NCBI GenBank assembly: GCA_049682915.1
Contig: JBAUIL010000161.1
Coordinates: 1,044-65,043, forward strand
Origin: Ahrensia sp.
Lineage (GTDB): Bacteria; Pseudomonadota; Alphaproteobacteria; Rhizobiales; Rhizobiaceae
Length of the DNA stretch: 64,000 bases
Reading direction: 5' to 3'
Positions 29,132-39,482 of the stretch are shown here, piece by piece. Position 1 is the stretch's first letter; every line of letters begins with the position of its first letter. The notes under the pieces were generated by a model. The model did not search any database. It was not told the origin of the DNA and saw nothing but the letters and a program-made list of their open reading frames with translations. A program made the position numbers and the translations under genes.

Positions 29132-29482
29132 ATGCTTCGCCGCTTAATTACCGTTCTGTTTGTTGTGCCTGTTGCGATCGTTTTGATTGCGCTGTCGGTC
29201 GCCAACCGGCAAGTTGTGCCGGTCAGTCTGGATGTGTTTAACCCCGGCAACCCGCTTCTGACGTTTTCAGCGCCGATGTTTGCCTGGATGTTTGGTGCGA
29301 TGGCTGTGGGTATCGTGATCGGCGGCATTGCGACCTGGTTTACCCAAGGCAAGCACCGTAAGCATGAGCGTGAACTGCAGCGCGAAACTGACAAACTGCG
29401 CTATGAGGTGGAAGACACCAAGCGCAAGGCTAATATTGGCGAACCCACGTCGGGCCAAGCGCTGGTCATGCAGCGCAACTGA
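29132..29482 (+). CDS. LapA-domain (DUF1049) inner-membrane protein
   Basis: 116 aa with two TM helices and a charged coiled C-terminus (HERELQRETDKLRYEVEDTKRK). Conserved position after ihfB. Confidence 0.75.
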   Translation: MLRRLITVLFVVPVAIVLIALSVANRQVVPVSLDVFNPGNPLLTFSAPMFAWMFGAMAVGIVIGGIATWFTQGKHRKHERELQRETDKLRYEVEDTKRKANIGEPTSGQALVMQRN

Positions 29483-29488
29483 TCCGAT

Positions 29489-30430
29489 ATGCGCATTGTT
29501 TCAGCCGCGGACGTTGATGCGACGCTCACATTTCCCGCGTTGATTGATGCGCTGGCTGGTGCATTTTGCGGCAACATCCAAGCGCCGCCGCGCCACCACC
29601 ACACAAAACCAAACGATAGCGCGTCAGACCAGACCCTGCTGCTAATGCCTGCGTGGGATGAGCGCTACATCACCACCAAACTGGTTTGTGTGACGCCTGA
29701 CAATGGCGCCCGCGCCTTGCCCGCTGTGATGGCCAGTGTGATTGTGATGAACGCTGAAACCGGCGCGCAAATTGCGATGATTGATGGCGCACGGGTGACG
29801 CTGTGGCGCACGGCCTGTGCGTCGGCGCTCGCAGCGCGCTATCTGGCGCGTCAAGATGCTGAGAATTTGCTGATTGTTGGCGCGGGCGCGCTTGCACCGT
29901 TTCTGGTGAAAGCGCACTGCGCGGTGCGCAACTACAAGCGTATTTCGATCTGGAACAGAAATAGCGCCAACGCCGAAGCGGTCGCCAAGCTGCTCGCCGA
30001 TGAAGGCATCAACGCCGATGTCAGCGATGATTTGTCCGCCGCAACCGCCGCCGCTGACACGATTTCATCAGCAACGCTTTCCACGGTGCCGCTGATCAAG
30101 GGCGCTGACTTGCGCCCCGGTACACATCTGGATCTCGTGGGGGCTTTCACGCCGTTGATGCGCGAGACCGACGACGCCTGCGTGCAGCGCGCAAGCCTGT
30201 TCGTCGATACGTTTGCCGGTGCGCTCAGCGAGGGTGGCGATCTGGTTCAACCCATCAAGAGCGGCCTTATCAGCCGCGATGATGTGCGCGCTGAACTATC
30301 CATGCTTACCAAGGGCGATCATGGCGGACGCCGGGCTGAAGACGAAATCACCCTGTTCAAAAGCACCGGCGCATCACTGGAAGATTTTGCGGCGGCGGCA
30401 TTGATTTGCGACCGGCTGGGTCTGGCTTAG
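29489..30430 (+). CDS. ornithine cyclodeaminase / mu-crystallin family protein
   Basis: 313 aa with Rossmann motif LLIVGAGALAPF and family-typical LFKSTGASLEDFAAA. Confidence 0.85.
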   Translation: MRIVSAADVDATLTFPALIDALAGAFCGNIQAPPRHHHTKPNDSASDQTLLLMPAWDERYITTKLVCVTPDNGARALPAVMASVIVMNAETGAQIAMIDGARVTLWRTACASALAARYLARQDAENLLIVGAGALAPFLVKAHCAVRNYKRISIWNRNSANAEAVAKLLADEGINADVSDDLSAATAAADTISSATLSTVPLIKGADLRPGTHLDLVGAFTPLMRETDDACVQRASLFVDTFAGALSEGGDLVQPIKSGLISRDDVRAELSMLTKGDHGGRRAEDEITLFKSTGASLEDFAAAALICDRLGLA

Positions 30431-30440
30431 TAATCTAAGC

Positions 30441-30536
30441 CTAGCCAAGCATCCAGACGATCACGCCCAGCACGATGCACAAAACCAAGCCCCAAAAGAA
30501 AACGGTGCCAGCATTGTCGCGATATGTTTCTGCCAT
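30441..30536 (-). CDS. candidate 31-aa single-helix membrane micro-protein (unannotated)
   Basis: Own translation: MAETYRDNAGTVFFWGLVLCIVLGVIVWMLG*. GGGGAG lies 7-8 nt upstream of the ATG. It is below the ORF-track length cut-off. Confidence 0.35.
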   Translation of the reverse strand: MAETYRDNAGTVFFWGLVLCIVLGVIVWMLG

Positions 30537-30662
30537 TTTTAGTCTCCCCATTTATAGGCTTACAAAGGATCATTTTTGCGCGGCGTCAAGGCATTTGGCA
30601 TTTTTTCGTTTTACGCCTATCTGTGGCAAACGCACCAGATACCGGGCTTGGGACACGACGAT

Positions 30663-31733
30663 TTGACTCGCAATAAAAACAATAAAAATCAGAAGGCCCG
30701 GACAAACCGTGACAGGCCCACAGCCGCCGGCACAAAGGCCCCTGCTTTCCGTCCGCAGCCCAAACACGCGGCACCTGCTCCAAAACAGGAGCAACCGGCA
30801 CGCGCGGCGCGCCAAGGTTCACGCCCTGCCGAGCGGATACCGGTTATCCTCGAAACCTTGGCTGACGAAAATTTTGCGCTGCTCGACAGTGGCGATGGCC
30901 AAAAGCTGGAGCAATATGGGCGCTACCGGATTGTGCGCCCCGAGGCGCAAGCCATCTGGGCCAAGCGATTGCCTGCCGCACAATGGGAGACCGCCGACGC
31001 GCTGTTTACCGGTGACACCGACGAAGAAGGCATGGGGCGCTGGCACTTTCCAAAAGGCCAATTGGGCGAAACATGGCCGATGGAATTTGACCGTGTCGGC
31101 TATTTCGGGCGCTTCACCTCGTTCCGTCATGTCGGTGTCTTTCCCGAGCAAGCCGCCCATTGGCGCGCCATGCGCGAGGCGATCATCGCGGCGGACCGTC
31201 CGGTCAAAGTGCTTAACCTGTTTGGCTATACCGGCGTTGCCTCGCTGGTGGCAGCGCAGGCCGGTGCCCATGTCACCCATGTGGACGCCTCCAAAAAAGC
31301 AATTACCTGGGCGCGCGAAAACCAGAACACCGCCGACCTTGACGACAAGCCGATCCGCTGGATTTGCGAAGATGCGTTGAAATTTGTGCAGCGCGAAGCG
31401 CGCCGTGGCAACACTTACGACATCATTCTCACCGACCCGCCCGCCTATGGACGCGGCCCTAATGGCGAGGTCTGGCAGCTGTTTGAAGGCTTACCGGACA
31501 TGCTGGATAATTGCCGGGCGATATTGTCGGACCAGCCCCTAATGCTGGTGCTGACGGCTTATGCCATCCGCGCGTCGTTTTATGCGATGCACGAGATGAT
31601 GATGGACGTGTTTACCGGCTACCCGATTAAAGGATGTGTGGAATCAGGTGAGTTGATTCTGCGGGAACGCGATTCCAACCGGGCCCTATCGACGTCCATG
31701 TTCAGCCGTTGGGTGCCGGAGGGTGGCGCATGA
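30663..31733 (+). CDS. class I SAM-dependent RNA methyltransferase (RlmI/RlmK-like core)
   Basis: SAM-binding region VLNLFGYTGVASL...THVDASK, and DIILTDPPAYGRGP. The 5' end is unresolved: the frame is open from 30576, and the in-frame candidates are TTG 30663 and TTG 30858. Confidence 0.8.
   Translation: MTRNKNNKNQKARTNRDRPTAAGTKAPAFRPQPKHAAPAPKQEQPARAARQGSRPAERIPVILETLADENFALLDSGDGQKLEQYGRYRIVRPEAQAIWAKRLPAAQWETADALFTGDTDEEGMGRWHFPKGQLGETWPMEFDRVGYFGRFTSFRHVGVFPEQAAHWRAMREAIIAADRPVKVLNLFGYTGVASLVAAQAGAHVTHVDASKKAITWARENQNTADLDDKPIRWICEDALKFVQREARRGNTYDIILTDPPAYGRGPNGEVWQLFEGLPDMLDNCRAILSDQPLMLVLTAYAIRASFYAMHEMMMDVFTGYPIKGCVESGELILRERDSNRALSTSMFSRWVPEGGA
30671..30688. repeat. tandem 9-mer CAATAAAAA x2
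   Basis: Read directly from the sequence. It is an AT-rich island, preceded by TTGACT at 30663..30668, inside the putative 5' end of the methyltransferase ORF. Confidence 0.9.
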
Positions 31734-32572
31734 CCATTGAGCACGGCCGCCTGAAGGAGATTACCAGCGCCTCCAATCCGATTATCAAAGACATCAAGCT
31801 GCTTGAGAAAAAGCGTCACCGTGATGAGACCAACCGCTTTATTGCTGAAGGCATGAAGCTGATCATCGATGCGGTGGAAGCGGGCTGGCAGTTGGTGACG
31901 CTGATCCATGCGAAAACCGCCAGCGACAATGACTTGGTCAAGACGCTGGCCGAGCGCACGATGGCAGCGGGCAGCGATGTGCTGGTGGTGCCGGAAAAAG
32001 TGCTGGGCGCCATTACCCGGCGTGACAACCCTCAAATGGTGGTCGGCGTGTTTGCCAAGCGCATGGCTGATGCAAAGCAGATTGTGCCGACCGGCAACGA
32101 TGTGTGGATTGCGCTCGACCGGGTGCGCGACCCCGGCAATCTGGGCACCATCATGCGCACAGCCGATGCGGCAGGTGCCAAGGGTGTGATTTTGGTGGGC
32201 GAGACAACAGACCCGTTTGCCACCGAAACCGTGCGCGCCACGATGGGTTCAATCTTCGCGATGCCCGTTGCACGCATGGGCACGGATGAATTTATCGGCT
32301 TTGCCAAAGCCTGGCCCGGCCATGTGGTCGGCACGCATTTGGCGGGAGCCGTGGACTATCGCACGCCGGATTATGCCAGCAAGCCGACGCTTCTGATCAT
32401 GGGCAATGAGCAAGCAGGCATGCCTGACGCGTTGGTGGCATGCTGCAGCCATCTGGTTAAAATCCCGCAGGTCGGCAAAGCGGATTCGCTCAATCTCGCT
32501 ATCGCCACGGCCTTGTGCCTGTATGAAGTGCGCCGGAAAGCGCTGACCTTTGACGGGGTGGCAGATGGGTAA
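31730..32572 (+). CDS. TrmH/SpoU-family RNA 2'-O-methyltransferase
   Basis: SpoU motifs [31 protein letters not shown] and [17 protein letters not shown] 31730 overlaps the upstream stop (ATGA). Confidence 0.88.
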   Translation: MTIEHGRLKEITSASNPIIKDIKLLEKKRHRDETNRFIAEGMKLIIDAVEAGWQLVTLIHAKTASDNDLVKTLAERTMAAGSDVLVVPEKVLGAITRRDNPQMVVGVFAKRMADAKQIVPTGNDVWIALDRVRDPGNLGTIMRTADAAGAKGVILVGETTDPFATETVRATMGSIFAMPVARMGTDEFIGFAKAWPGHVVGTHLAGAVDYRTPDYASKPTLLIMGNEQAGMPDALVACCSHLVKIPQVGKADSLNLAIATALCLYEVRRKALTFDGVADG

Positions 32573-33062
32573 GTATCGCTGGCCGCTGGTCTTGGGTGCT
32601 GTCGTCATCATCGGCGACCAATTGTGCAAATGGGCTGTGGAAGCCTACATGCCGTTTCAGGTGAAATATGAAATCGTGCCGACCTTCGCACTGTTTCGCA
32701 CCTATAATGAGGGCATCGCGTTTTCCATGCTGTCAGGGCTTGGCGCGGGGCCGTTGATTGCGATTGCCTTAGCGGTCAGCGCCTTTGTCATCTGGCTGTG
32801 GCGTGACAGCCCCGCCGATCGGCGCTTTGCGCATTTTGGCTTTGCGCTCATTTTAGGCGGTGCCATCGGCAATCTGATTGACCGCGTGCGCTTTGGCTAT
32901 GTCATCGATTATTTTCTGTTTCACCTGCCGCAATGGTCTTTTGCGGTTTTCAACTTCGCCGATGCGGCCATCACAGTCGGCGCGGGTCTGGTGATTTTGG
33001 ATGAAGTGCTTGCGTGGCGGCGCCATGCGCGCCACAACACCGACGACAACAATATTTCATAA
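32565..33062 (+). CDS. lspA: lipoprotein signal peptidase II
   Basis: Motifs [18 protein letters not shown] and [14 protein letters not shown] 32565 overlaps the upstream gene end. Confidence 0.92.
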   Translation: MGKYRWPLVLGAVVIIGDQLCKWAVEAYMPFQVKYEIVPTFALFRTYNEGIAFSMLSGLGAGPLIAIALAVSAFVIWLWRDSPADRRFAHFGFALILGGAIGNLIDRVRFGYVIDYFLFHLPQWSFAVFNFADAAITVGAGLVILDEVLAWRRHARHNTDDNNIS

Positions 33063-33083
33063 AGCTGCTGATTGGGAGACGAC

Positions 33084-34079
33084 ATGGCTGACACATTCAA
33101 AGCGATCATGGTTTCGCGCGATGAAGAAAAGAAACAAAGCGTCGGCGTGCATGACCTCACTGTCGATGATTTGATGGAAGGCGATGTGGTCGTCGCGGTG
33201 GAAGCCACCACCGTCAATTATAAAGACGGGCTTGCGATCACCGGCAAGTCGCCGGTCGTGCGCCGCTGGCCGATGATCCCCGGCATCGATTTTGCTGGAA
33301 CCGTGGTCTCCAGCGAACACGCAAGCTGGAAAGCGGGCGACAAGGTTATTCTCAATGGTTGGGGCGTGGGTGAAACCCATTATGGCGCCTATGCGGGCCG
33401 CGCGCGCGTCAACGGCGACTGGCTGATCGCCCTGCCCGATGCGATGACACCGGTCAACGCCATGGCGATTGGTACGGCGGGCTACACCGCGATGCTGAGT
33501 GTGTTGGCGCTGGAACGCGCGGGCATTACGCCGGATCGCGGCCCGATTGTGGTCACCGGTGCATCCGGCGGTGTAGGTTCGGTTGCGATATCGGTTCTGT
33601 CCAAGCTCGGCTACAGTGTGATTGCCTCCACCGGCCGCGCGTCAGAGGCTGACTACCTGAAAGGGCTTGGTGCCAGTGAGATTATCGACCGCGCTGAACT
33701 GAGCGAGCCGGGCCGTCCGCTTGGTAAGGAATTGTGGGCCGGTGGCGTTGATTCTGTCGGCTCGACGACACTGGCCAATGTGTTGGCGCAAACCATGGCG
33801 GGCGGTGCTGTTTCGGCCTGTGGCCTGGCGCAGGGCTTTGACCTGCCCACCACTGTCATGCCGTTCATCCTGCGCGGCGTATCTTTACTCGGTATCGACT
33901 CGGTGATGGCTAAAAAAGAGCTGCGCGAAGAGGCATGGTCACGGCTGGTGACAGATCTGGATGCGGCAAAGCTGGAAAGCCTGTCGACCAAAATCGGCTT
34001 TGACGACATCATCGAAACCGCGACCGGCATTCTGGACGGCAAGGTGCGTGGCCGGGTTGTCGTGGATATGGCCGGTTAA
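33084..34079 (+). CDS. MDR-family NADPH-dependent oxidoreductase, YhdH/AcuI (acrylyl-CoA reductase) subfamily
   Basis: Motifs [17 protein letters not shown] and [13 protein letters not shown] 33084 is preceded by GGGAGA. Confidence 0.85.
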   Translation: MADTFKAIMVSRDEEKKQSVGVHDLTVDDLMEGDVVVAVEATTVNYKDGLAITGKSPVVRRWPMIPGIDFAGTVVSSEHASWKAGDKVILNGWGVGETHYGAYAGRARVNGDWLIALPDAMTPVNAMAIGTAGYTAMLSVLALERAGITPDRGPIVVTGASGGVGSVAISVLSKLGYSVIASTGRASEADYLKGLGASEIIDRAELSEPGRPLGKELWAGGVDSVGSTTLANVLAQTMAGGAVSACGLAQGFDLPTTVMPFILRGVSLLGIDSVMAKKELREEAWSRLVTDLDAAKLESLSTKIGFDDIIETATGILDGKVRGRVVVDMAG

Positions 34080-34126
34080 GCATAGCGCTCAACATGATTG
34101 TAACCATGCGGTGGTAGAACCGCCGC

Positions 34127-35683
34127 ATGAACAAACATACCGCACCCACCGACACCCCTGATGCGCTGCGCGTCGCGCTTGACAATGCGCGCGACGCCGA
34201 CCGCGCCAAAAGCCGTTTTCTGGCAACCGTCAGCCATGAAATCCGTACCCCACTCAACGGGTTGATCGGCATGGGCAAACTGCTGGCAGACACCGAATTG
34301 ACGCCGGAGCAGCATTCCTATGTGGATGCGATCACCTCGTCGGGTGAAGCGTTGCTTCTGCTGGTCAATGATTTGCTGGAATTCGGGCGTCTTGAATCGG
34401 GCGACACGCAGGCGCGCGCGGAATCCGTGGATATCCGCACGATGGTTGCCGGTGTGGTGGAACTGATGGCCAATCAGGCGCACGCCAAGGGACTGGATTT
34501 TGGCTATTATATTGCGCCGGACGTACCGGTACAATTGACGTTGGTGCCCGGCCATTTGCGCCAAGTGCTGTTCAACGTGATCGGCAACGCGGTCAAGTTT
34601 ACCGAAATCGGTGGCGTTAGCATTACCATTGAAACCGATGGGCGGGTGCTGACAATAGCGGTGTCGGATTCCGGCCCCGGTATTGATGAGGCAGCAGCGG
34701 AAAAGATTTTTCAGCCCTTTGAACAAGCCGAGAGCGGCCTGGCGCGCAGCCATGAGGGCGCGGGGCTTGGCCTGTCCATCGCCAAGCGATTGGTCGAAGC
34801 AGGCGGCGGCTCATTGAGCCTGACAAGTGAGCCCGGTGTTGGCTCATGTTTCACGATCACCCTGCCCATGCGCGACGCGGAACCATTGGTGATTGACGAT
34901 GTCGGCTTTCTTGAGGCGATGCCGGTATCACTGATCATGCAGGCCGGGCCGGAGCGGGACATGATTGCGCGCTATCTGCGCGACTCCAAAGCAGATATGC
35001 ACATTGCGGACGCGCTGGACTTTGCCGCGATCGCGCCCAATAGCATTATCATTGTCGACAAGCGCCTGCCTGATGAGATTGATGCGCTGGCCGCAGAGAT
35101 CGACAATCATCACATCGTCGCTTTGATCGAACCAATCCAGCGCGGCTCCACCGGTGCGCTTTTCAAAGCGGAGGGTCACTCCTATCTGACGCGTCCGATC
35201 CGTCCGTCCACCGCCCACCGCATTTTGGCGGCTATCAGCCAAGGTGGCTCGCTTCCCGAGCGCGTGGAACCGCAAAAGCCGAAAGCCTCGCGCAAGCGCA
35301 AACGCCGCGCTTTGAATGTTTTGATGGCCGAGGACAATGCGATCAACGCAATCTTGACGCGTCGTCTGTTGGAAGATGCGGGCCATACGGTGACCCATGT
35401 CGAAGATGGCGCAGCTGCCTGTGACGCGGCGCGCGTTCAAGCTTTCGACGTGATCTTGATGGATTTGCACATGCCGGTAATGGATGGTGTGGATGCCATT
35501 GAGCACATTCGCCGCAATGAGGAAGAAACCGGTGGCATAGCCGTGCCGATCTTCGCGCTGACCGCCGATACGACCGACCATACGCGCCAAATCGTCATCA
35601 ATGCCGGTGGCACGGACCTGATGCCGAAGCCGCTGAGCACCGATATGTTGGCCACTATCGACCGAAGCGTTCAAAGCCTGTAG
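34127..35683 (+). CDS. cytoplasmic hybrid histidine kinase, DHp-CA-(degenerate REC)-REC, no sensor domain
   Basis: H-box [15 protein letters not shown] begins at about residue 31. N/G boxes are [16 protein letters not shown] and GAGLGLSI. A degenerate receiver-like segment of about 120 aa follows, then a canonical REC (VLMAEDN...[14 protein letters not shown]...PKP). No TM helices. Confidence 0.88.
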   Translation: MNKHTAPTDTPDALRVALDNARDADRAKSRFLATVSHEIRTPLNGLIGMGKLLADTELTPEQHSYVDAITSSGEALLLLVNDLLEFGRLESGDTQARAESVDIRTMVAGVVELMANQAHAKGLDFGYYIAPDVPVQLTLVPGHLRQVLFNVIGNAVKFTEIGGVSITIETDGRVLTIAVSDSGPGIDEAAAEKIFQPFEQAESGLARSHEGAGLGLSIAKRLVEAGGGSLSLTSEPGVGSCFTITLPMRDAEPLVIDDVGFLEAMPVSLIMQAGPERDMIARYLRDSKADMHIADALDFAAIAPNSIIIVDKRLPDEIDALAAEIDNHHIVALIEPIQRGSTGALFKAEGHSYLTRPIRPSTAHRILAAISQGGSLPERVEPQKPKASRKRKRRALNVLMAEDNAINAILTRRLLEDAGHTVTHVEDGAAACDAARVQAFDVILMDLHMPVMDGVDAIEHIRRNEEETGGIAVPIFALTADTTDHTRQIVINAGGTDLMPKPLSTDMLATIDRSVQSL

Positions 35684-35762
35684 TCATCGACCTGTCGCAA
35701 CAGGCTGCTAGCATTCGAAGCAGCCCTGTTCGGCACGGCTTGACCGGCTATATTTGGACGCG

Positions 35763-36611
35763 ATGAACCAAGTACACGACATTGACGCTGAGGCTGGCAG
35801 GACCGCCACCGACACGCTGGGGCAAATCGGGCCTTTGCAGGTGCGGCTGGCACGCACGATGGCGGAAATTGACGCTGCCCAAGCCCTGCGCTTTCGCATT
35901 TTTTCCACAGAGTTTGGCGCGCAGTTTGACGCGGAAAACCGGCGCTTGCAGCGCGACCGCGACGGCTTTGATGCGGTGTGTGATCATTTGCTGGTGCTTG
36001 ACACGACACTGCAAGGCGCAGTGCTCGACCAGATCGTCGGCACCTATCGGCTATCGGTGAGTGATTATGATGCTGAACGCCCGCCCATGCTTTACAGTCA
36101 GGCGGAATATGACGTGTTGGCGCTGATGGCGCGCAATTCAACGGCGCGTGTCATGGAGTTGGGCCGGTCATGCGTATTACCTGCCTATCGCGGACGCCGG
36201 ACGATTGAACTTTTATGGCAGGGCATATGGGCCTACACGCTGGCGCACCGGGCCGACATTATGTTGGGCTGCGCCTCCTTTGCCGGTACTGAGCCTGACA
36301 AGCATGCATTGGCGCTGTCGTTTTTGCATCATCATGCATCCATCGGGCCGCCATGGACCGTTAGCGCCCATGCCGAACACCGCATCGACATGAACATGAT
36401 GGCAAAAGAGAACGTCGACATGCGCGCGGCGCTTGCTGCCATGCCGCCCTTGATCAAGGGCTATTTAAGGCTTGGGGCCGGCTTTGGTGACGGCGCGGTG
36501 ATCGACCACACCTTCAAGACGACTGATGTTTTGGTGGTGCTGCCGATCAGTGCGATCACTAGTCGATACATCAACCATTATGGCGTAGACGCGCAGCGCT
36601 TTGCGCGTTGA
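35763..36611 (+). CDS. olsB: GNAT-family N-acyltransferase, OlsB-like (ornithine lipid synthesis)
   Basis: Motifs LQVRLARTMAEIDAAQALRFRIF, FDAVCDHLLVLD, VGTYRL and ELGRSCVLPAYRG match the OlsB/Acetyltransf_5 family as I remember it. TTG 35754 is an alternative start. Confidence 0.75.
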   Translation: MNQVHDIDAEAGRTATDTLGQIGPLQVRLARTMAEIDAAQALRFRIFSTEFGAQFDAENRRLQRDRDGFDAVCDHLLVLDTTLQGAVLDQIVGTYRLSVSDYDAERPPMLYSQAEYDVLALMARNSTARVMELGRSCVLPAYRGRRTIELLWQGIWAYTLAHRADIMLGCASFAGTEPDKHALALSFLHHHASIGPPWTVSAHAEHRIDMNMMAKENVDMRAALAAMPPLIKGYLRLGAGFGDGAVIDHTFKTTDVLVVLPISAITSRYINHYGVDAQRFAR

Positions 36612-36719
36612 ACGCCTCAGCCCAATGCCTGTGTTGTGGGAAAAGCTGGCAACAGGTGACGGAACAGTGCGCGCGGGTTAGATTGGACCACGCTTTGGCC
36701 AAGGACGAAATGACAATCG

Positions 36720-39458
36720 ATGGACGACAAGCCACAACCCGCTGATAACCAGCCTGCCGAGGACCAGGAGCCCTATTCCAGCGGCACCACGGTCAACGCT
36801 GCCACTGCCCCGACGCCGATGATGGCGCAATATATGGAAATCAAATCGGCCAATCCCGACAGCCTGCTGTTTTACCGGATGGGTGATTTTTACGAGTTGT
36901 TTTTTGACGATGCCCATGTCGCCTCTGCCGCGCTCGGCATCACGCTGACCAAACGCGGCAAGCATGATGGTGGCGACATCGCCATGTGCGGGGTGCCGGT
37001 GCATGCCGCTGACGATTATTTGCAGCGGCTGATCGCGCAAGGCTATCGCGTGGCGGTGTGTGAACAGTTGGAGGACCCGGCGGAGGCGAAAAAGCGCGGC
37101 TCGAAGTCAGTCGTGCGCCGCGATGTGACACGGCTGGTGACGCCAGCGACCATTACCGAGGAAAAATTGCTGTCGCCGGGTGAAACATCCTGGCTGCTGG
37201 CCATCGGACGTGCGGGTGACGCGTTGGCACTGGCGCGGATTGATATCTCAACCGGCGGCTTCATCGTCAGCGCAAGCGCCATGGCGACACTCGCCGCTGA
37301 TATTGCCCGGGTGGGCGCGCGCGAAATCATCGTTTCCGACACGCTGTTTCATGATGAAGCTTTTGCGCCCGTGCTGCGCCCGCTCGGCCATATTGTGCAG
37401 CCGCTGCCTGCCATCCTGTTTGACAGCGGCGAAGCATCCAAAAAGCTGCAGCGTTATTTTGACGTCGCGACGATGGCGGGATTGGCTGACTTTAGCCGCG
37501 CCGAAATGGCCGCTGCAGCCGGTGCCTTGGCCTACGTTGAAAAGACCCAGATTGCCGAGCGCCCGTCGCTGCAAAGGCCGGTGCGCGAAGCCGAAGCTTC
37601 AACCCTGTTTATCGACCCCGCGACGCGGGCCAACCTCGAATTGGAGCGCACGCTTTCAGGCAAACGCAGCGGCTCGTTTCTGCATGCCATCGACCGCACG
37701 GTGACCGGCGCGGGCGCGCGGCTTTTGGCAGAGCGGCTTCGTGCGCCTTTGCTTGATCCGGTAACGATCAATGCGCGGTTGGACGCGGTCAGTTGGTGCT
37801 TGGCGCAAGCGACCGTGAGCGACACACTCCGCGCGACACTCAAACATGTGCCCGATATGGCGCGCGCACTGTCACGGCTGTCGCTGCACCGCGGCGGGCC
37901 GCGCGACATGCTGGCCATCCGGCAGGGCTTTGAAATTGCTGCATCGCTAGGCCAACAACTGCCCGAGGATTTACCACCCCTGCTGCGCGCCGTCCGCACG
38001 ATCTTGCACGCCTTGCCGACAGCGTTGGTGGACATGCTCAACGACACGCTGGATGATGATGTGCCCTTGCTCGCGCGCGATGGTGGCTTCACCCGGCCGG
38101 GCAATCATGCGGAGTTGGACGAATTGCGCGCCCTGCGTGACCAGAGCCGCCGGGTGATTGCTGGCTTGCAAAGCCAATATAGCGACGAGACCGGCATCAA
38201 ATCGCTGAAGATCAAGCACAACAATGTGCTTGGCTATTTTATCGAAGTCACCGCGCTCAATGCCGATGCGCTGACCGGTAGCGATGAAGCCAAGGCGCGC
38301 TTTATCCACCGCCAGACCCTAGCGAGCGCCATGCGCTTTACCACAACGCAACTCGCCGACCTTGAAAGCCGGATTGCCAATGCGGCGGGACAGGCGTTGC
38401 AGATCGAGCTGGCGCTGTTTGACGCACTCAGCGCGCATATTGTCCGGGAGGCGGATGCCGTGCGTCGTGTGGCGGAGGCGCTGGCCGAACTGGATGTGCA
38501 AACGGCGCTCGCCGAGCTTGCGGGCGGCCAGGCCTATTGCCGGCCGGTGGTGGATGCGAGCCGCACCTTCACCATTACCGCCGGGCGCCATCCTGTGGTG
38601 GAGCAAGCGCTGCGCGCGCAAGCCGCGGTGCCCTTTGTGGCCAATGATTGCGACCTGTCACCGCCCGATGATACCGGCCATGGTGCAGTCCGGCTGCTTA
38701 CCGGGCCGAATATGGGTGGTAAGTCCACTTTTCTGCGCCAAAACGCATTGATTGCCATCCTCGCGCAAATGGGTTCTTTCGTGCCCGCTGGTAGCGCCCA
38801 TATTGGCGTTGTCAGCCAATTGTTCAGCCGGGTCGGTGCGTCTGATGATCTGGCGCAGGGGCGCTCGACCTTTATGGTCGAGATGGTGGAAACGGCTGCT
38901 ATTCTCAATCAGGCAGGACCGGACGCGCTGGTGATCTTGGACGAAATCGGGCGTGGCACGGCGACGTTTGACGGCCTGTCGATTGCCTGGGCGACGTTGG
39001 AATATTTACATGCGCATAATGGGTGCCGGACACTTTTTGCCACCCATTTTCACGAATTGACCGCACTGGCGGGCACCTTGCCACGGTTGGCCAATCTGAC
39101 CATGCAGGTGCGTGAGCACAAGGGTGACGTGATTTTTCTGCACCAGGTGGGCACCGGTGCTGCCGACCGGTCCTATGGTGTGCAGGTGGCACGGTTGGCG
39201 GGACTTCCCGATGCGGTTGTCACGCGCGCACGCGATGTGCTGGACCAGTTGGAAGAACAAGGTAGCAATGCCAAAGCCAGCAAGCTGATCGACGATCTGC
39301 CGCTGTTTTCCGCTGACATCGCGGTTGCGCCAAAAGCCACGCGGGCTGATGACGCTTTGCAACGGGCAGTCGCTGAATTGCTGCCCGATGAAATGTCACC
39401 ACGTGATGCGCTTGACGCGCTCTACCGTCTCAAGGCACTGGTGTCAGATAAAAAATAG
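36720..39458 (+). CDS. mutS: DNA mismatch repair protein MutS
   Basis: 912 aa. Contains [11 protein letters not shown], the mismatch-binding motif [15 protein letters not shown], and Walker [14 protein letters not shown]. Confidence 0.97.
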   Translation: MDDKPQPADNQPAEDQEPYSSGTTVNAATAPTPMMAQYMEIKSANPDSLLFYRMGDFYELFFDDAHVASAALGITLTKRGKHDGGDIAMCGVPVHAADDYLQRLIAQGYRVAVCEQLEDPAEAKKRGSKSVVRRDVTRLVTPATITEEKLLSPGETSWLLAIGRAGDALALARIDISTGGFIVSASAMATLAADIARVGAREIIVSDTLFHDEAFAPVLRPLGHIVQPLPAILFDSGEASKKLQRYFDVATMAGLADFSRAEMAAAAGALAYVEKTQIAERPSLQRPVREAEASTLFIDPATRANLELERTLSGKRSGSFLHAIDRTVTGAGARLLAERLRAPLLDPVTINARLDAVSWCLAQATVSDTLRATLKHVPDMARALSRLSLHRGGPRDMLAIRQGFEIAASLGQQLPEDLPPLLRAVRTILHALPTALVDMLNDTLDDDVPLLARDGGFTRPGNHAELDELRALRDQSRRVIAGLQSQYSDETGIKSLKIKHNNVLGYFIEVTALNADALTGSDEAKARFIHRQTLASAMRFTTTQLADLESRIANAAGQALQIELALFDALSAHIVREADAVRRVAEALAELDVQTALAELAGGQAYCRPVVDASRTFTITAGRHPVVEQALRAQAAVPFVANDCDLSPPDDTGHGAVRLLTGPNMGGKSTFLRQNALIAILAQMGSFVPAGSAHIGVVSQLFSRVGASDDLAQGRSTFMVEMVETAAILNQAGPDALVILDEIGRGTATFDGLSIAWATLEYLHAHNGCRTLFATHFHELTALAGTLPRLANLTMQVREHKGDVIFLHQVGTGAADRSYGVQVARLAGLPDAVVTRARDVLDQLEEQGSNAKASKLIDDLPLFSADIAVAPKATRADDALQRAVAELLPDEMSPRDALDALYRLKALVSDKK

Positions 39459-39482
39459 CGCCTGCGCGCTTAGAAAGTAGCT

